Positions 9,906 to 21,800 of a stretch of DNA of 52,701 bases are shown here, one piece after another. The translations under genes and the position numbers were made by a program. Within the stretch, counting starts at the first letter, position 1, and the number at the start of each line of letters is the position of its first letter. This DNA comes from Thainema sp. (GTDB lineage Bacteria > Cyanobacteriota > Cyanobacteriia > Phormidesmidales > Phormidesmidaceae), in the NCBI GenBank assembly GCA_052168235.1, contig JBQLZK010000053.1:1-52701 (forward strand). Reading direction: 5' to 3'. A model generated the notes under the pieces. That model ran no database searches, had not been told where the DNA came from, and saw only the letters and a list, made by a program, of their open reading frames with translations.

Positions 9906-10435
9906 TTGCCATCTCTCGCAGGGATGGACTAAACAGCTTCATCAAGTTAGTTTCTGCCTCATTTCTTATATCTAGATCTATCAAGAAAGGCGGGCAAACA
10001 CTAGCTCCAAACTGGTCTGGTAACGACGGTTCCGCCATCACAGGCACACGCTATCAATCATTTTCTACCTCGTAGAAGCTCGCATTAGCGACAACTCTAA
10101 AATCAATAAGTCTCAACAATCCTTGTAAATTTCAATGAAGTTTTAAACTGATTCTCAATATATTCACTTATATTTAACATTACCGGGGGAGTTCCTATCC
10201 TGTGGTGTGTTCTGCTAAGTGTGTTTTGTCATGCTGTTTATTAGATTGACAAGGTGATTGTCGAGTTATTGATAAAGCGCTCTTGCTATTTGGGATGTCT
10301 CCCCATGCAAATTTAGAATTCATCACTTAATCGAATAGTTCGCAGCTAGAAAACTCAGTCGCTCATTTTGCGATCGCTGTTTTTTCTAATTCGTGCAATC
10401 CTCTAACACCTTTGAAACTTTGGAGAGTAGAACTT

Positions 10436-10807
10436 ATGACGTTTGCTAATCAGCAAGTCGTTGAGAATACAACGCTTTTAGACACACTTAAAAGCTTTTT
10501 GATGTGGGTTCTCATCCTAGAAGTTAGCTTTCTAGTGGTTGGATTTCCGCTGGTGACAATCATCGTAGCGGGAGCAGCATTACTAGCTGTAACGCTTCAG
10601 TCCTTCATGGCTAGCGCAGTGCTAATCGTTGCCACTGGCCTAATTGGTATTAATCTTTTAGCCGTATCTATCGCATCAGGTTTACTGGTTAGCCGAGGGA
10701 TTTACCCCCACGAAGTTAGCTGGCTCGATTGGCTCAAGTCCGATACCGATCCACTCAACCAACCCATCTATGCCTCTTGCCCCCTAACTTGCGATATCCA
10801 CCATTAA
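10436..10807 (+). CDS. Hypothetical membrane protein
   Basis: About three hydrophobic segments, GGAG RBS upstream of ATG 10436, C-terminal YASCPLTC motif. Confidence 0.75.
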   Translation: MTFANQQVVENTTLLDTLKSFLMWVLILEVSFLVVGFPLVTIIVAGAALLAVTLQSFMASAVLIVATGLIGINLLAVSIASGLLVSRGIYPHEVSWLDWLKSDTDPLNQPIYASCPLTCDIHH

Positions 10808-10835
10808 AAGCCGTCCTACGTTTCTACTAAGAGAA

Positions 10836-10865
10836 CCTGGTCTGCAGTCAGACCAGGCTTTTTTT
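10836..10865 (+). terminator. Rho-independent terminator
   Basis: CCTGGTCTG-cagt-CAGACCAGG followed by a T-tract. Confidence 0.75.
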
Positions 10866-10907
10866 ACTCTCCAAAAAAGTACAAAGTTAGAGATATGCCA
10901 AGCGTAA

Positions 10908-13900
10908 TTACGCTGCTTGCCAGCCCGAGGAAGCATTGTAAGTATAAAGACTTCCACCAACCTTAAATTTCATCGATCCACTGGAACCATAGTAATCATT
11001 GACATCAATGGAACCGTTGGAAGCTAGACCTAAGGTTAGGCTACCACCACTTGTACTTGCAGTAATATCTGAGAACGTGTAATCACCTAAATCAAGAATG
11101 TCATCAGAACTAGTTAGATTATATGTATCCAGTCCAGTTAATGTATCTTTGCTATAACCACTAAAGACATTGCTTACAGAGTTGGCGAAAACAGTATCAC
11201 TCCCACCAGAGTTCACTAGATTTTCAATTATGGTTCCATACGCAATAGATGTCCCGAATGACGATGTACGATATTGAGATCCTTCGCTGATATCATCACC
11301 GAGATTAGAATCCTGTGCTCTATCGTAGTAATAAGACCCATCGTATGCTGATACAGTCGTTAGCATCCCACCTTGATTCAGATCGAAGTGATATTCATCA
11401 GTGCTGGATAAAATGGAAAAATTTAATGTATCGATGCCATCACTGTCCCAGAGAGCTTGCTTGACCGAAATTGCCGAGCTACCAAAAAATTCGCCACCAG
11501 TCTCGTACTCATAGATACTACTGAAAGAATAGTCGGTTGCATCTGACTGGTATATTTTTGAGCCATACAAATACTGTAGAGCCCGAATATCATAGGGCAT
11601 AGCAGTAATTGCCTTTTTACCACCACTATCAGCACTTGTATATTTCGTATCACCGCCAACTGAGTTGTAAGTCATAACTGTATTAGTATTGTTGTCTTCT
11701 TCGGGTGATAAGAAAATTCCTTCCTCATTATCATAGTTACCAGAGTGTTTCAGTCCCAGCGCATGCCCTATTTCGTGGATTATTGTTTCATAGCCATGAG
11801 TACCAGCTTCTCCTGAAAAGCCACTATATGAACTGTCTGCATAATCGGGGTTTAAGCGGACATCTCCTGCTCTAAGCGTGTAGCCAGGATAGGAAGCCTG
11901 CGCGTAGCTAACTCCATCAGAAAACATAAATCGCATAACACCAAAGCTATCAACTGTATCGTTGACTTCGACAAAGTCAATATCGATATACCGCTCTAGC
12001 ATCTCTAAGATTTCCCGAACATTTTTCTTAATAGATTCAGTGAGTTCAGAGAAAACCTCACTATTTTGACCTGCTTCGCTGGTGTAGCTACTAGCTGCTG
12101 AGCTATCCAAGAAGCTGAAAGTCATGATGCCGCCGTTGGAACTGGTATCCCATTTTCTTAAACTTTCATGGAGTAGGGCATCAATAGCGTCATCTCCAGA
12201 AAGTTCAGATGTTGTCACGCCAGGATCGATAACTTCTCCAATGCTGAAGAATGTGTCGCTGAAATCAGTTACGTTGCCATCATCGAGGCTAGTAATTCGG
12301 ATCTTATAGTCATTACCTGTGGCCAGATCCGTTGGCAATGTCCAAAGATAACTACCATCACTTTCAGTTGAGTTAATAACATCTTGGATTTTGACACTAC
12401 CCTTGTAGAGTTCAATCTTGACATTGCCACTAATATTGTCATCCCAAGTCAGATTATAGTCTTGACCAGCGTTAAACGTATCGCCACCATTCGGTGAGGT
12501 AATTGTTACGTAAGGTTCTGGTTCAACGGTGATAGCTTGAGCAACGACGTTATTGGTTTCATTCGTCTCAGAGACACTATCATTACTATCTGCTACGAAC
12601 AGAATGTATTGAGGGTCAAGACCCCAGCTAGCGTCATAAACGAAACTGTCAGAAATAGACTCAGAACCACCAGCGCTGAGATTCCCCACCGCAATAGAAC
12701 CAACCTTGATATCACCACTATCCAAAATTGCATCATCAGACAGCCAATAGGTGAAGGTGCTGGCACCTGCTGGATCAGTCCCATTATTCAATACATCGGC
12801 ACTAACTGTAACGCTTTCACCTACGGTAATTGAACTAGGTACAGACTGGTTGGTTACCGTCAAATCAGGTTGGGCTGGTGCCGTTATTGAAAATGTTCCG
12901 CCATCATCATATAAATCGGGATCAGACGTGCTGCTGATGCGAATTGTGTAATTACTGCCAGGTTCTAAATTCGCTGATAACGACCAGTTATATTCACCAT
13001 CGCTGATAGTAGACGACTCAATAGTTTGAGCAAAGCTACCATCTTGATACAAGTCAATTTGGACATTCTCATCAATATTGTCACTCCAGGTGATTGAATA
13101 GGAAGTCCCTGCCTGTAAAGTACTGCTACTGGTTGGAGAAGACACATGTATCGTTGGCAAATCAATCAGAATACCAGTCGTCACGACATTGTTGAATTCG
13201 TTAGTTTCATTGAATTCATCTGAGCTATCAACTTTCAAACCCAAGTAGTACTTGCGGCTCCCTCTAATTGTTGATTCACCAAATTGATTCCAAAACTCAT
13301 CGTCTTGTCCTGGCAAGTTCAGCCCTGATACAAGATATTCTATGTAACCAGCATCAATGTTCAGGTTTGCCCATCCAAAAACTTTATCATTCTCGCTAAA
13401 TGTTGTGTCAGTAGAGATGAAGAAGCTAACATCTATCCTGCCAAAGTCAATATCCTCGGAGAGTATAATGCGGGGAACTATTGACTCACCAAGACTAAAT
13501 GGTTGAACTTGCCCCGATTCATCCAGTTTAATTGAATACGAAATTCCATCTGCTGTAATGTCGCCCGTTGAGGAGATGATGGCAAAAGTTTCACTACTGT
13601 CAAATAGACTGGGATCTGTGAAGCTACTAATCTGAATCCTATAATCGTTGGCAGGGTCAAGTCCATCCAGGTTTTCCCATGTGAAGCTACCATCGCTTTC
13701 TGTTGAAGAAGCGATAGTTTGAATAAATGTTCCACCTCTGTAAAGTTCAATTGTGACATTTTCACCAATGTTGTCATCCCAAGTAATGTCATAGCTTTGA
13801 CTAATTTGGAGTGACTTATAGTTATTGGGTGCAATAACTGTAATGTAAGGCTCCGGCTGCACAGTAATAGCATGAGCAAAAACGTTATTGGTCTCGTTGC

Positions 13901-16469
13901 TTTCTGCTACAACATTGCTACCGTCTACTTTGAACAGAATGTACTTAGGCTCTAATCCCCAACTGGATTGATATGTAAAGCTATGAGAATCAGTTTCAGA
14001 GTTTCCAACACCTAGAGTCCCTACGGCATCGGATCCAAGGAAAATATCATTATTGTTTAATACGCTGTCATTGGACAGCCAGTACTTAATAACGCTCGTG
14101 CCAGCAGCAGCAGCGCCACTGTTTAAAGTATCTGCACTGATAGTGACGGTATCACCAATCGTAATTGAACTTGGCGCAGACGCATTAGTTACAACCAAAT
14201 CTGGCTGATCTGCGGCTGTTATTGTGAAGAAGCCATCACTATCGTCAAACAAACTCGGATCAGCCTCACTGCTGATGCGGATTTTGTAATTGCTTCCTGG
14301 GGTTAAATTGGTTGGAATAGTCCAGGTATATTGGCCATCGCTACCTATGGAAGACTCGATAGTTTGAACCACACTGCCATTCTGAAGCAGGTCAATTTTG
14401 ACATTTTCACCGATATTGTCATTCCAGGTAATTGTGTGAGATGTCCCTGCTTGTAGCGTGTTACCACCGTTGGGCGAAGCTACGGTAATATTTTCAACTG
14501 ATACAAAATCAAAGTAAGGACTTGATAAGCTTAACCCTTGAACCCCTTTGATGAGGCCGACCAGATCTCCGTTGCTAGCCAAGCGGATTTCGGTATCTTG
14601 ACCAACTTCTGCTAGATAGTATCCTTTGACATCAGTCGGTTCATTGTTAGCCCATGAAATACACTTGAGCTGAATCGTATCTTCTGAAGTGTTGAAGTCA
14701 GCAATTTCAGCGTAATCTAGGTCTCCGTTTTGGGTGTAGTAAGAATAAAACTTACTTCCCAAAATAAATAAATCTTGGCCTGTACCGCCTTCTAGTGAAT
14801 CTTGCTCAGTTATACCAAATCCATAGCCATCTAAGATGTCAAGGTCATGACCACCACTCAGCATATCATTGCCATCACCACCACTGAGGTAATCGTTTCC
14901 TGTTTCCCCATGCAGTATGTCATTGCCTAGCTGACCATACAGAGTGTCATTTTGGGAGCCACCCTCAATGTAATCATTGCCACTGCCACCCTCAATTGTG
15001 TCATTACCAGAAGCTCCATAGAGGAAATCATGATCATTGCCACCACTGAGAAAGTCCGCTCCCTCATCACCATTTAAGTTGTCGTTACCATCACTACCGT
15101 AAAGAAAATCATCACCAGCTCCCCCACTCAGAATATCGTTACCTAGATCTCCATTGAGTTTATCTACGCCCTCACCGCCCTGAAGATTGTCATCGCTATC
15201 TCCTCCATAAACCTCGTCATTGCCTGTTTCGCCATATAAGAAGTCAACGCCAGCACCACCGTAGAGGGTATCGTCTTGAGAACCACCGTAAAGAGTATCA
15301 TCTCCTGAATCACCCTGAATATAATCGTTTCCAGAGGCTCCATACAACTCATCGTTGCCAGCACCACCATATAGATAATCTACACCTGAATCTCCATTCA
15401 AATAATCATTCCCGCCACTACCATAAAGTTCGTCATTGCCAATGCCTCCACTTAGGAAGTCATTGCCCAGATCCCCATTCAAGAAATCAGCATCATCACC
15501 TCCATAGAGATGGTCATCATCATTGCCACCGTATAGTTGATCATTTCCAGCGTCTCCATATATGTCATCTATTCCAGAGTCGCCATAAATAATGTCGTTT
15601 CCGGTGTCCCCATAAATGATGTTTCGTTGGGAATCGCCACTGAGACTATCGTCATTCGGGCTGCCCTGAATATAGATATGACTCATTGAGGATTGAATAA
15701 GTGGTTTCCAACTCGTATTACTAACTGTGGGAAGAGCTGCCCCGCTTATTCGAGTTGTCCCATTCATTAGCCAGACAGTGTTGGCTCCAGTACTATAGTT
15801 GCGCCAGAGGAGATCAGTTTTACCGTCGGTGTTAAAATCACCCGTACCTTCAATTTGCCAGTTTACGTCGTTGACAGATTGTAGAGATGTACCACTCATG
15901 CGAGAGATGCCGTTCATGAACCAAACCGAATTGGCTCCAGTGCGGTAATTGCGCCAGAGAATGTCAGATTGACCATCACTGTTGAAGTCGCCTACACCCT
16001 CAATTTGCCAGTTTACGTCGTTGACAGATTGTAGAGATGTACCACTCATGCGAGAGATGCCGTTCATGAACCAAATCGAATTGACTCCAGTGCGGTAATT
16101 GCGCCAGAGAATATCAGTTTCGCCGTCTCCATTGAAATCGCCTGTACCCTCAATTTGCCAGTTCACGTTGTTGACACTAGATAAACTAGCGCTATAGGAA
16201 AATGAGGAATCGCTCATAAACCAAACATGATTTTCCCCTGTGTCATAGTTACGCCAGAGAATATCGGCTTCATTATCTCCATTAAAATCGTTGATTCCTT
16301 CCAAGTCCCAACCAGCAAAAGACGGCAAACTCGCATTGCCAATCTTAGAAATTCCGTCCATGAACCAAGCTGTGTTAGCTCCATTTCCACTGTGGTGCCA
16401 CAAAATATCAATACTGATATCGTCATTGAAGTAAGAGCCAACGGAACCACTCTGGCTATCAACTGTCAT
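10908..16469 (-). CDS. Large secreted protein: FG-GAP repeats, RTX Ca-binding repeats, Ser/Thr-rich Ig-like and CARDB-like domains, C-terminal M10/serralysin-like zinc protease
   Basis: GDFNGDGETDILWRN repeats; many GGxGxDxLxG nonapeptides; PDLVVT...ESNETNN; HEIGHALGLKH with Met-turn NTVMTY. Confidence 0.9.
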   Translation of the reverse strand: MTVDSQSGSVGSYFNDDISIDILWHHSGNGANTAWFMDGISKIGNASLPSFAGWDLEGINDFNGDNEADILWRNYDTGENHVWFMSDSSFSYSASLSSVNNVNWQIEGTGDFNGDGETDILWRNYRTGVNSIWFMNGISRMSGTSLQSVNDVNWQIEGVGDFNSDGQSDILWRNYRTGANSVWFMNGISRMSGTSLQSVNDVNWQIEGTGDFNTDGKTDLLWRNYSTGANTVWLMNGTTRISGAALPTVSNTSWKPLIQSSMSHIYIQGSPNDDSLSGDSQRNIIYGDTGNDIIYGDSGIDDIYGDAGNDQLYGGNDDDHLYGGDDADFLNGDLGNDFLSGGIGNDELYGSGGNDYLNGDSGVDYLYGGAGNDELYGASGNDYIQGDSGDDTLYGGSQDDTLYGGAGVDFLYGETGNDEVYGGDSDDNLQGGEGVDKLNGDLGNDILSGGAGDDFLYGSDGNDNLNGDEGADFLSGGNDHDFLYGASGNDTIEGGSGNDYIEGGSQNDTLYGQLGNDILHGETGNDYLSGGDGNDMLSGGHDLDILDGYGFGITEQDSLEGGTGQDLFILGSKFYSYYTQNGDLDYAEIADFNTSEDTIQLKCISWANNEPTDVKGYYLAEVGQDTEIRLASNGDLVGLIKGVQGLSLSSPYFDFVSVENITVASPNGGNTLQAGTSHTITWNDNIGENVKIDLLQNGSVVQTIESSIGSDGQYTWTIPTNLTPGSNYKIRISSEADPSLFDDSDGFFTITAADQPDLVVTNASAPSSITIGDTVTISADTLNSGAAAAGTSVIKYWLSNDSVLNNNDIFLGSDAVGTLGVGNSETDSHSFTYQSSWGLEPKYILFKVDGSNVVAESNETNNVFAHAITVQPEPYITVIAPNNYKSLQISQSYDITWDDNIGENVTIELYRGGTFIQTIASSTESDGSFTWENLDGLDPANDYRIQISSFTDPSLFDSSETFAIISSTGDITADGISYSIKLDESGQVQPFSLGESIVPRIILSEDIDFGRIDVSFFISTDTTFSENDKVFGWANLNIDAGYIEYLVSGLNLPGQDDEFWNQFGESTIRGSRKYYLGLKVDSSDEFNETNEFNNVVTTGILIDLPTIHVSSPTSSSTLQAGTSYSITWSDNIDENVQIDLYQDGSFAQTIESSTISDGEYNWSLSANLEPGSNYTIRISSTSDPDLYDDGGTFSITAPAQPDLTVTNQSVPSSITVGESVTVSADVLNNGTDPAGASTFTYWLSDDAILDSGDIKVGSIAVGNLSAGGSESISDSFVYDASWGLDPQYILFVADSNDSVSETNETNNVVAQAITVEPEPYVTITSPNGGDTFNAGQDYNLTWDDNISGNVKIELYKGSVKIQDVINSTESDGSYLWTLPTDLATGNDYKIRITSLDDGNVTDFSDTFFSIGEVIDPGVTTSELSGDDAIDALLHESLRKWDTSSNGGIMTFSFLDSSAASSYTSEAGQNSEVFSELTESIKKNVREILEMLERYIDIDFVEVNDTVDSFGVMRFMFSDGVSYAQASYPGYTLRAGDVRLNPDYADSSYSGFSGEAGTHGYETIIHEIGHALGLKHSGNYDNEEGIFLSPEEDNNTNTVMTYNSVGGDTKYTSADSGGKKAITAMPYDIRALQYLYGSKIYQSDATDYSFSSIYEYETGGEFFGSSAISVKQALWDSDGIDTLNFSILSSTDEYHFDLNQGGMLTTVSAYDGSYYYDRAQDSNLGDDISEGSQYRTSSFGTSIAYGTIIENLVNSGGSDTVFANSVSNVFSGYSKDTLTGLDTYNLTSSDDILDLGDYTFSDITASTSGGSLTLGLASNGSIDVNDYYGSSGSMKFKVGGSLYTYNASSGWQAA

Positions 16470-17030
16470 TCTGTAATTCTCCCAAGGGCAACTATCTTTT
16501 ATTTCTTATTCAGAAATAACTATTGAGATAGCTATTTGAGTTCAGGGAGACTATGTAACTAAGCATTTCAGTTGCCAAAGTTTTGTTGAAGAATTGATGA
16601 AACTTTCAAAATTGCTAAAATCTTGCCTGAGGAAAAAGGATAGCTGCTTATTTGATTATTGACTTTACAAATATAAATTTGGTATTCATTGAACACGTAT
16701 TAGTAGTGAAAACACCATATTTCACTTCAAGAAGGACAAAAGCCTGCTATTTTACCACTGGTGATTCGGCACTAATAACTAGCTCACCTCGCCTGCATTG
16801 CTTAGTTTTTCGGCAACAAGAGTAACGGTTTTGTTATCACCTTGTAGTTTCGGTTTTCACGCAATTCACGAACTCAGATCACTAGTAATATTGATTCATC
16901 TCCATCTGCCGCTTTGTTGAGTTGATACCAAATTAACAAAATCGCGATCTCAGTTTTGCGATCGCAACTCAAAATAGCATGTAGATTTTTACTTCCCTTC
17001 TGCAATTACCATTGTTGGCAAAGCCTCTCC

Positions 17031-18614
17031 TTATCCCAAATTAGAATAAGCTTGGCTGTAATTGACCTCATATCCAACATCATCCAGTATCGCCAGATCT
17101 AAGACTGTCGGTAGTTTACGGGTTCCTACAGTTAGAGTTGGATCTAATGCGTTTTCGCCCCAATTACCAAATTTATATCCATCCCGAATGTGGCTGCGCG
17201 TGAAATCCAGTGGAATGGGATTGCCGCCATTACGTGCGATCGCATTTGGGCCATAAAAATATTGACTGCTAACATACTGATCAAATGCACGATAGGAAGA
17301 TGAAACACCTAAAACATGCCCAATTTCATGTACGGCGACAGAAAGAAAATCATTCGCTTGATTGGGTATGTCATAAGCCGTGTTAGGTGTAGAGTCAAAA
17401 AACCAGTTTGCATTCCGATCAAAGCTGATATAGCCAGACCAGGGTTCAAACTCGGTTCCTTTCCACCGCGCTTCTAAACTGCTGCCTGTATACCACGTGC
17501 CAGATGCCCCTGCCATAGCCAGAGAAGCAATATCTTGGGAGCCCACGAAAATCAACAGGTCATCAATGTTCTGAGTAGAGTTGAAGTCTACAGACTGACC
17601 CGTTTCAGGATTAGGCATGTGCAGGGCAGTACCAGCCGGAACATCCTCGAACTCATCAAGGATCATGGCTTCCCAGATGTCTACAGCGGCCTCTAGCACT
17701 GCACGACGAGCAGGGGTGAACCAACCTTTTGTATCAAAACGGTAGTCAATCTCGATATTAAATTGAGGCTGAGATGTACTTGTACTGGAGGAACTAACCG
17801 AATTTGCAATCGGTAAAACCGATGATTGAACCAGCGGTTGCCAGTTTGTATCTTTGACGGTTGGCAATGCACTCCCACTAGCCCGAGCTGTGCCGTTCAT
17901 AAACCAGAGGGTATTAGCTCCAGTAACATCATTGCGCCAAACGATATCGGTTTGGCCATCAGCGTTAAAGTCGCCTGTTCCTTTGATCTGCCAGTTCACA
18001 TCACCGACCGTTTGCAGCGGACTACCGCCTGTACGAACCGTGCCGCTCATAAACCAGACGGTGTTGGCTCCGGTTTGATTGTTGCGCCAGAGGATGTCGA
18101 TTGCACCATCGGCATTAAAATCGCCCGTTCCTGCAATCTGCCAATTGACATCACCAACCAGCGGCAGCGGATTACTGCTAATGCGAACAGTGTCGTTCAT
18201 GAACCAAACCGTGTTGGCTCCGGTTTGATTGTTGCGCCAGAGAATGTCAGTTTCGCCATCGGCATTAAAATCGCCCGTTCCTGCAATCTGCCAAGCACGA
18301 CTGCTGACTCCAGCTAGATTGCTGCTGCTGACAAAGGTTTCATCATCCATGAACCAGACGCAATTTTCGCCAGTGGCATAGTTGCGCCAAAGAATATCGG
18401 CTTCACCATCACCGTTAAAGTCGTTGATTCCTTCCAGATCCCATCCGGGGAAAGAAGATAAACCCGCGTTACCAACTTTGGTTGCACCATCCATAAACCA
18501 GGCTGAGTTCGCGCCTGTTCCAGAGTGATGCCACAGAATATCAATGTTAGGGTCGCTATTTAGATAGGAACCAATTGAACCACTTTGACTTACAGAGCTG
18601 TCCATGCCGTGCAA
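17031..18614 (-). CDS. FG-GAP repeat protein with a C-terminal zinc metallopeptidase domain
   Basis: GDFNADGETDILWRN repeats; FLSVAVHEIGHVLG zincin motif. Confidence 0.88.
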   Translation of the reverse strand: MHGMDSSVSQSGSIGSYLNSDPNIDILWHHSGTGANSAWFMDGATKVGNAGLSSFPGWDLEGINDFNGDGEADILWRNYATGENCVWFMDDETFVSSSNLAGVSSRAWQIAGTGDFNADGETDILWRNNQTGANTVWFMNDTVRISSNPLPLVGDVNWQIAGTGDFNADGAIDILWRNNQTGANTVWFMSGTVRTGGSPLQTVGDVNWQIKGTGDFNADGQTDIVWRNDVTGANTLWFMNGTARASGSALPTVKDTNWQPLVQSSVLPIANSVSSSSTSTSQPQFNIEIDYRFDTKGWFTPARRAVLEAAVDIWEAMILDEFEDVPAGTALHMPNPETGQSVDFNSTQNIDDLLIFVGSQDIASLAMAGASGTWYTGSSLEARWKGTEFEPWSGYISFDRNANWFFDSTPNTAYDIPNQANDFLSVAVHEIGHVLGVSSSYRAFDQYVSSQYFYGPNAIARNGGNPIPLDFTRSHIRDGYKFGNWGENALDPTLTVGTRKLPTVLDLAILDDVGYEVNYSQAYSNLG

Positions 18615-18761
18615 GTCCTCCCAAGCTTTACATGTTTTATGTATCAGGGATAACTGTTAAGTGGGTTTAATCGGTTCGGAGATACTATTGAACTTTTTGA
18701 TCCCCGTGATCAGGGCTGCCCCGTAATAATATGCAACTTTAGACCTAAGGAATCTGTAAAT

Positions 18762-18862
18762 CTCACATCTTGCACCTTGCCAACTAAAGACCGCGAAGAG
18801 GTGATTTTGCCGCCGCGACGCGGCGGCAAAATCACCTCTTCGGGTTTGATGCAAGATATGAG
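18762..18862. repeat. MITE-like dispersed repeat: 15-bp imperfect terminal inverted repeats around a 24-bp hairpin
   Basis: CTCACATCTTGCACC (18762-18776) and GATGCAAGATATGAG (18848-18862) are 13/15 inverted; perfect stem 18794-18817/18819-18842. Confidence 0.65.
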
Positions 18863-18888
18863 TAAATTAAAACAAAGTTGACAGACTA

Positions 18889-21800
18889 CTAATCCATTAG
18901 CAGTTGAGTAATCAGCGGTTCGGTCAGTGCTTGATGCTTTTCCGCTAGGAGTAAGTCCAAATACTGCTGCAAACGCTCTCGCTGAGCGGGATTAGGGATA
19001 TACTGCTGACCTTTGCCCTTGTGAAATAGAGGCTGCACCAACAGCGCTTTATGCCGAGCCTGAGCCGCAGCGTGCGTCTGCAACGGAGAATGGGCACTCA
19101 TGGCCGGAACCAGTCCCGGCGGCAAGTGACCTTCCAACAGCGCCATGATGTGGAAATAGCAGGCTTGGGTGTTGATGCCAAAACGCTCAAGCTGCTGCAT
19201 CATTTGGTGAATAGTTAGCGGCTGCTGCGGGAACGATCGCAAAATTTCCAGCAGCAGGAAGTAATCGTTATATTGCTGACGGGCGATATCCAGCGCTTGG
19301 GGATAGTACACCAAGTTGACTAAACCGTAGGCAATCCGGCTGCAACTAGGCGGACGGTTGGCCGCATAGGTGTCTTGAATCACCGTGGCATTGGGCAGTT
19401 TTTGCCGTAGCCAACGTGCGATCGCAGGGAAAGATGCCGTGCCGCCCGTACAAATCGCCTGCCGGATTCCTTCTGTGGCAATGCCGGATTTACTGAACAG
19501 CGTATTCAGATGACGGTTGAGCAACTGCACATAGGGCAGCAGAATCTGTCGCTCAAAGTCCTGCCGCTCAATCACCCAGCGAATGTTATTGATGGCAATC
19601 GTCATTTGTGCCTGCTGTTGCAGCAAAATCTTCAGGTGCTGAGCAGCCTGTAGCAGGCTTTGCCCCAGCCGCGAAGACTGGAGGCGCTGCCGGAGCTGCT
19701 CTCGATGCTGCAGATCCGGTTCGCCCTGCCGGGGAAGCGCTAGCTGATCCAGCTCCAGAGCCTGCCAAGCGGAGACGAGATCGCCATCGTAGGTCAATTG
19801 GAAATCCCAATCCGAGGTCATGGTGCTGAGTTCAGCGTTGCCTGAATCCGAGCCCTCCGCATCTACACTGGAGCTAACCTGTCTGGTAGGCGTCAGAGCT
19901 GGCAGCAGCGGCTGATCCGGCTGAATTTGCTGCATGGCTTGCGGATAGAGCAAATAGCAAACGATATCTTGATCTAACGCGTCACCGCCGTAGGCAATGC
20001 TGCGCAGATCAAATGCGTCAAAGCTCAGCTCCGACAGGGGATCGGGCAGTTCAACCAGCCCAAACTCAGACGTGAGCGCCCCAGCACTGAGCACCAGCGT
20101 ATTGCCTGACTGTACGGTTTGCGGATGGGCCTGAATCACGCCCACATCTAGCTGATGAGCCGTGTTGGGGTGAGGCAAAGCCGAGAGCAACGCTGCGATC
20201 GCATTATCGACAAAGAAAATCTCAGCGGGATCTTCAACAAGCTGCGCCTCCAGAATGGCCTCACGGATATTGAAACTGTAGGTATCTGGCCAGTTCGTTG
20301 GATAGCTCACAATAACGCCGCTCAGCACCCGCAACACCGTATACAGCGTATGCTGAGACAGATCAACCGCAGAACAGCAAAGCGGTGCTTCTGCCGATTG
20401 AACCGTCAGCGTTTCCAGCAGTACCTGTAGCCCCTGTTGCAGGTGAGCCAGCGGCAGCGTTTGCTCCGCCGACCAGCGAACGCTCGGCTCCAGCGTGAGA
20501 ACGGCTTCTCCCTGCTCCGGCTCAGCCGGACTGAGATAGGGCACACCGTACTTTAGGAACGGCTTGAGTCGATGCAGTTTAACCGCCGATTGCGCAGATG
20601 GCGCGGAATCAACAGGCGCGATCGCAGATTGAATAGACGAAGCGGACAGTCCAGCCAGATCAAAACAAAGGCCAACGGGCTGTAAATCCGGATGATTAGC
20701 AGTCTGGTGAGACGGAGCCGTGTACTGTACGGTATTCGGCAACCGGAAATATCGCTGGGGTCGCTCAGCCAGATGGGTTTCAGTCGTTGTCCAGAATAGG
20801 GGATGCTGCGCTTGGGTCTGCCGATTGAGCAACACGGCAGAGATGCCCGTCGCCCCAATATCCAAACCGAGATACCATTCTTGATCCTGGGCCTGTGGGT
20901 CAAGCGTCAGCGGCTTGGGTGTCGCGGGTTCTAGCTCTGGCTCATCCAGCGTCATTAGGGCCGTAGCGGCTTCATTGGCTACCGCTTCAGGATGATCAAT
21001 CGGGGTTACAGGCTTGATGTCAGTTTTGAGTACAGGTGCGATCGCATCTGTACTCAAGTCATTATCCAGCAGACTAGAGTCCAACAAATCAGCTGTGAGG
21101 TCGGGAACCACATCGCCCGCCAACTCCTCATCGCTGTTGCTTTGCCAGTCCAGTGGCTCAATCTTACCCAGTGATTCATGCTGATCGAGTTCATCCAGCC
21201 GGTGATGCCCAGATTGTTCAGTCCCTAGCCCGTTGAACAAATCGGTCGGATCGTCCTCTGTCGCATCAACAGGTTGATCTGTGGCCCGATCAGCATCGTT
21301 AGCCGCATCGTCAGCACGAGTATCTTCTGTCGGATCAGTAGCGGAGTCAGAGGCGTTAGCCTGATTGGTCGGCGTCGATGAGACAGCGGGTGCATCCGGT
21401 ATTGCAAAGTCCCCAAAGACTCCATCAATCGTCAGCGTTTGGGTATCGGTTTCAGACTTGGGTGAAGCACTGTCTTGAAACAGGCGATCTAAAACCTGAT
21501 CCGTCAAGGATTCGTTTTCTGCGTCACCCTCATCGTCAATCTTTTCGCTAGCGGTTGCTGACGGAGAAGTTACCGAGCTTACCGCGCTATCTGTATCAGC
21601 ATCATCAGCATCAATCCTTGCGGCATCCGCAGCATCTGCCTTGCTGCCAATGGCTTGACCAAACTCGTCTAGCGTAACGCCGCTATCGGTATCATCGACA
21701 TTGATATCGACATTGATATTCTCTGATTCCTGCTCCGCCTGATTGAGGTTGAAGAACAATCGATCAATGATGACCTCCATTGTTTCCGTCGATTCGGTAG

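Noticed and set aside
9910..10430. Long intergenic region as a possible ncRNA or riboswitch
   Set aside because: No recognisable family motif; a covariance-model search would be needed.
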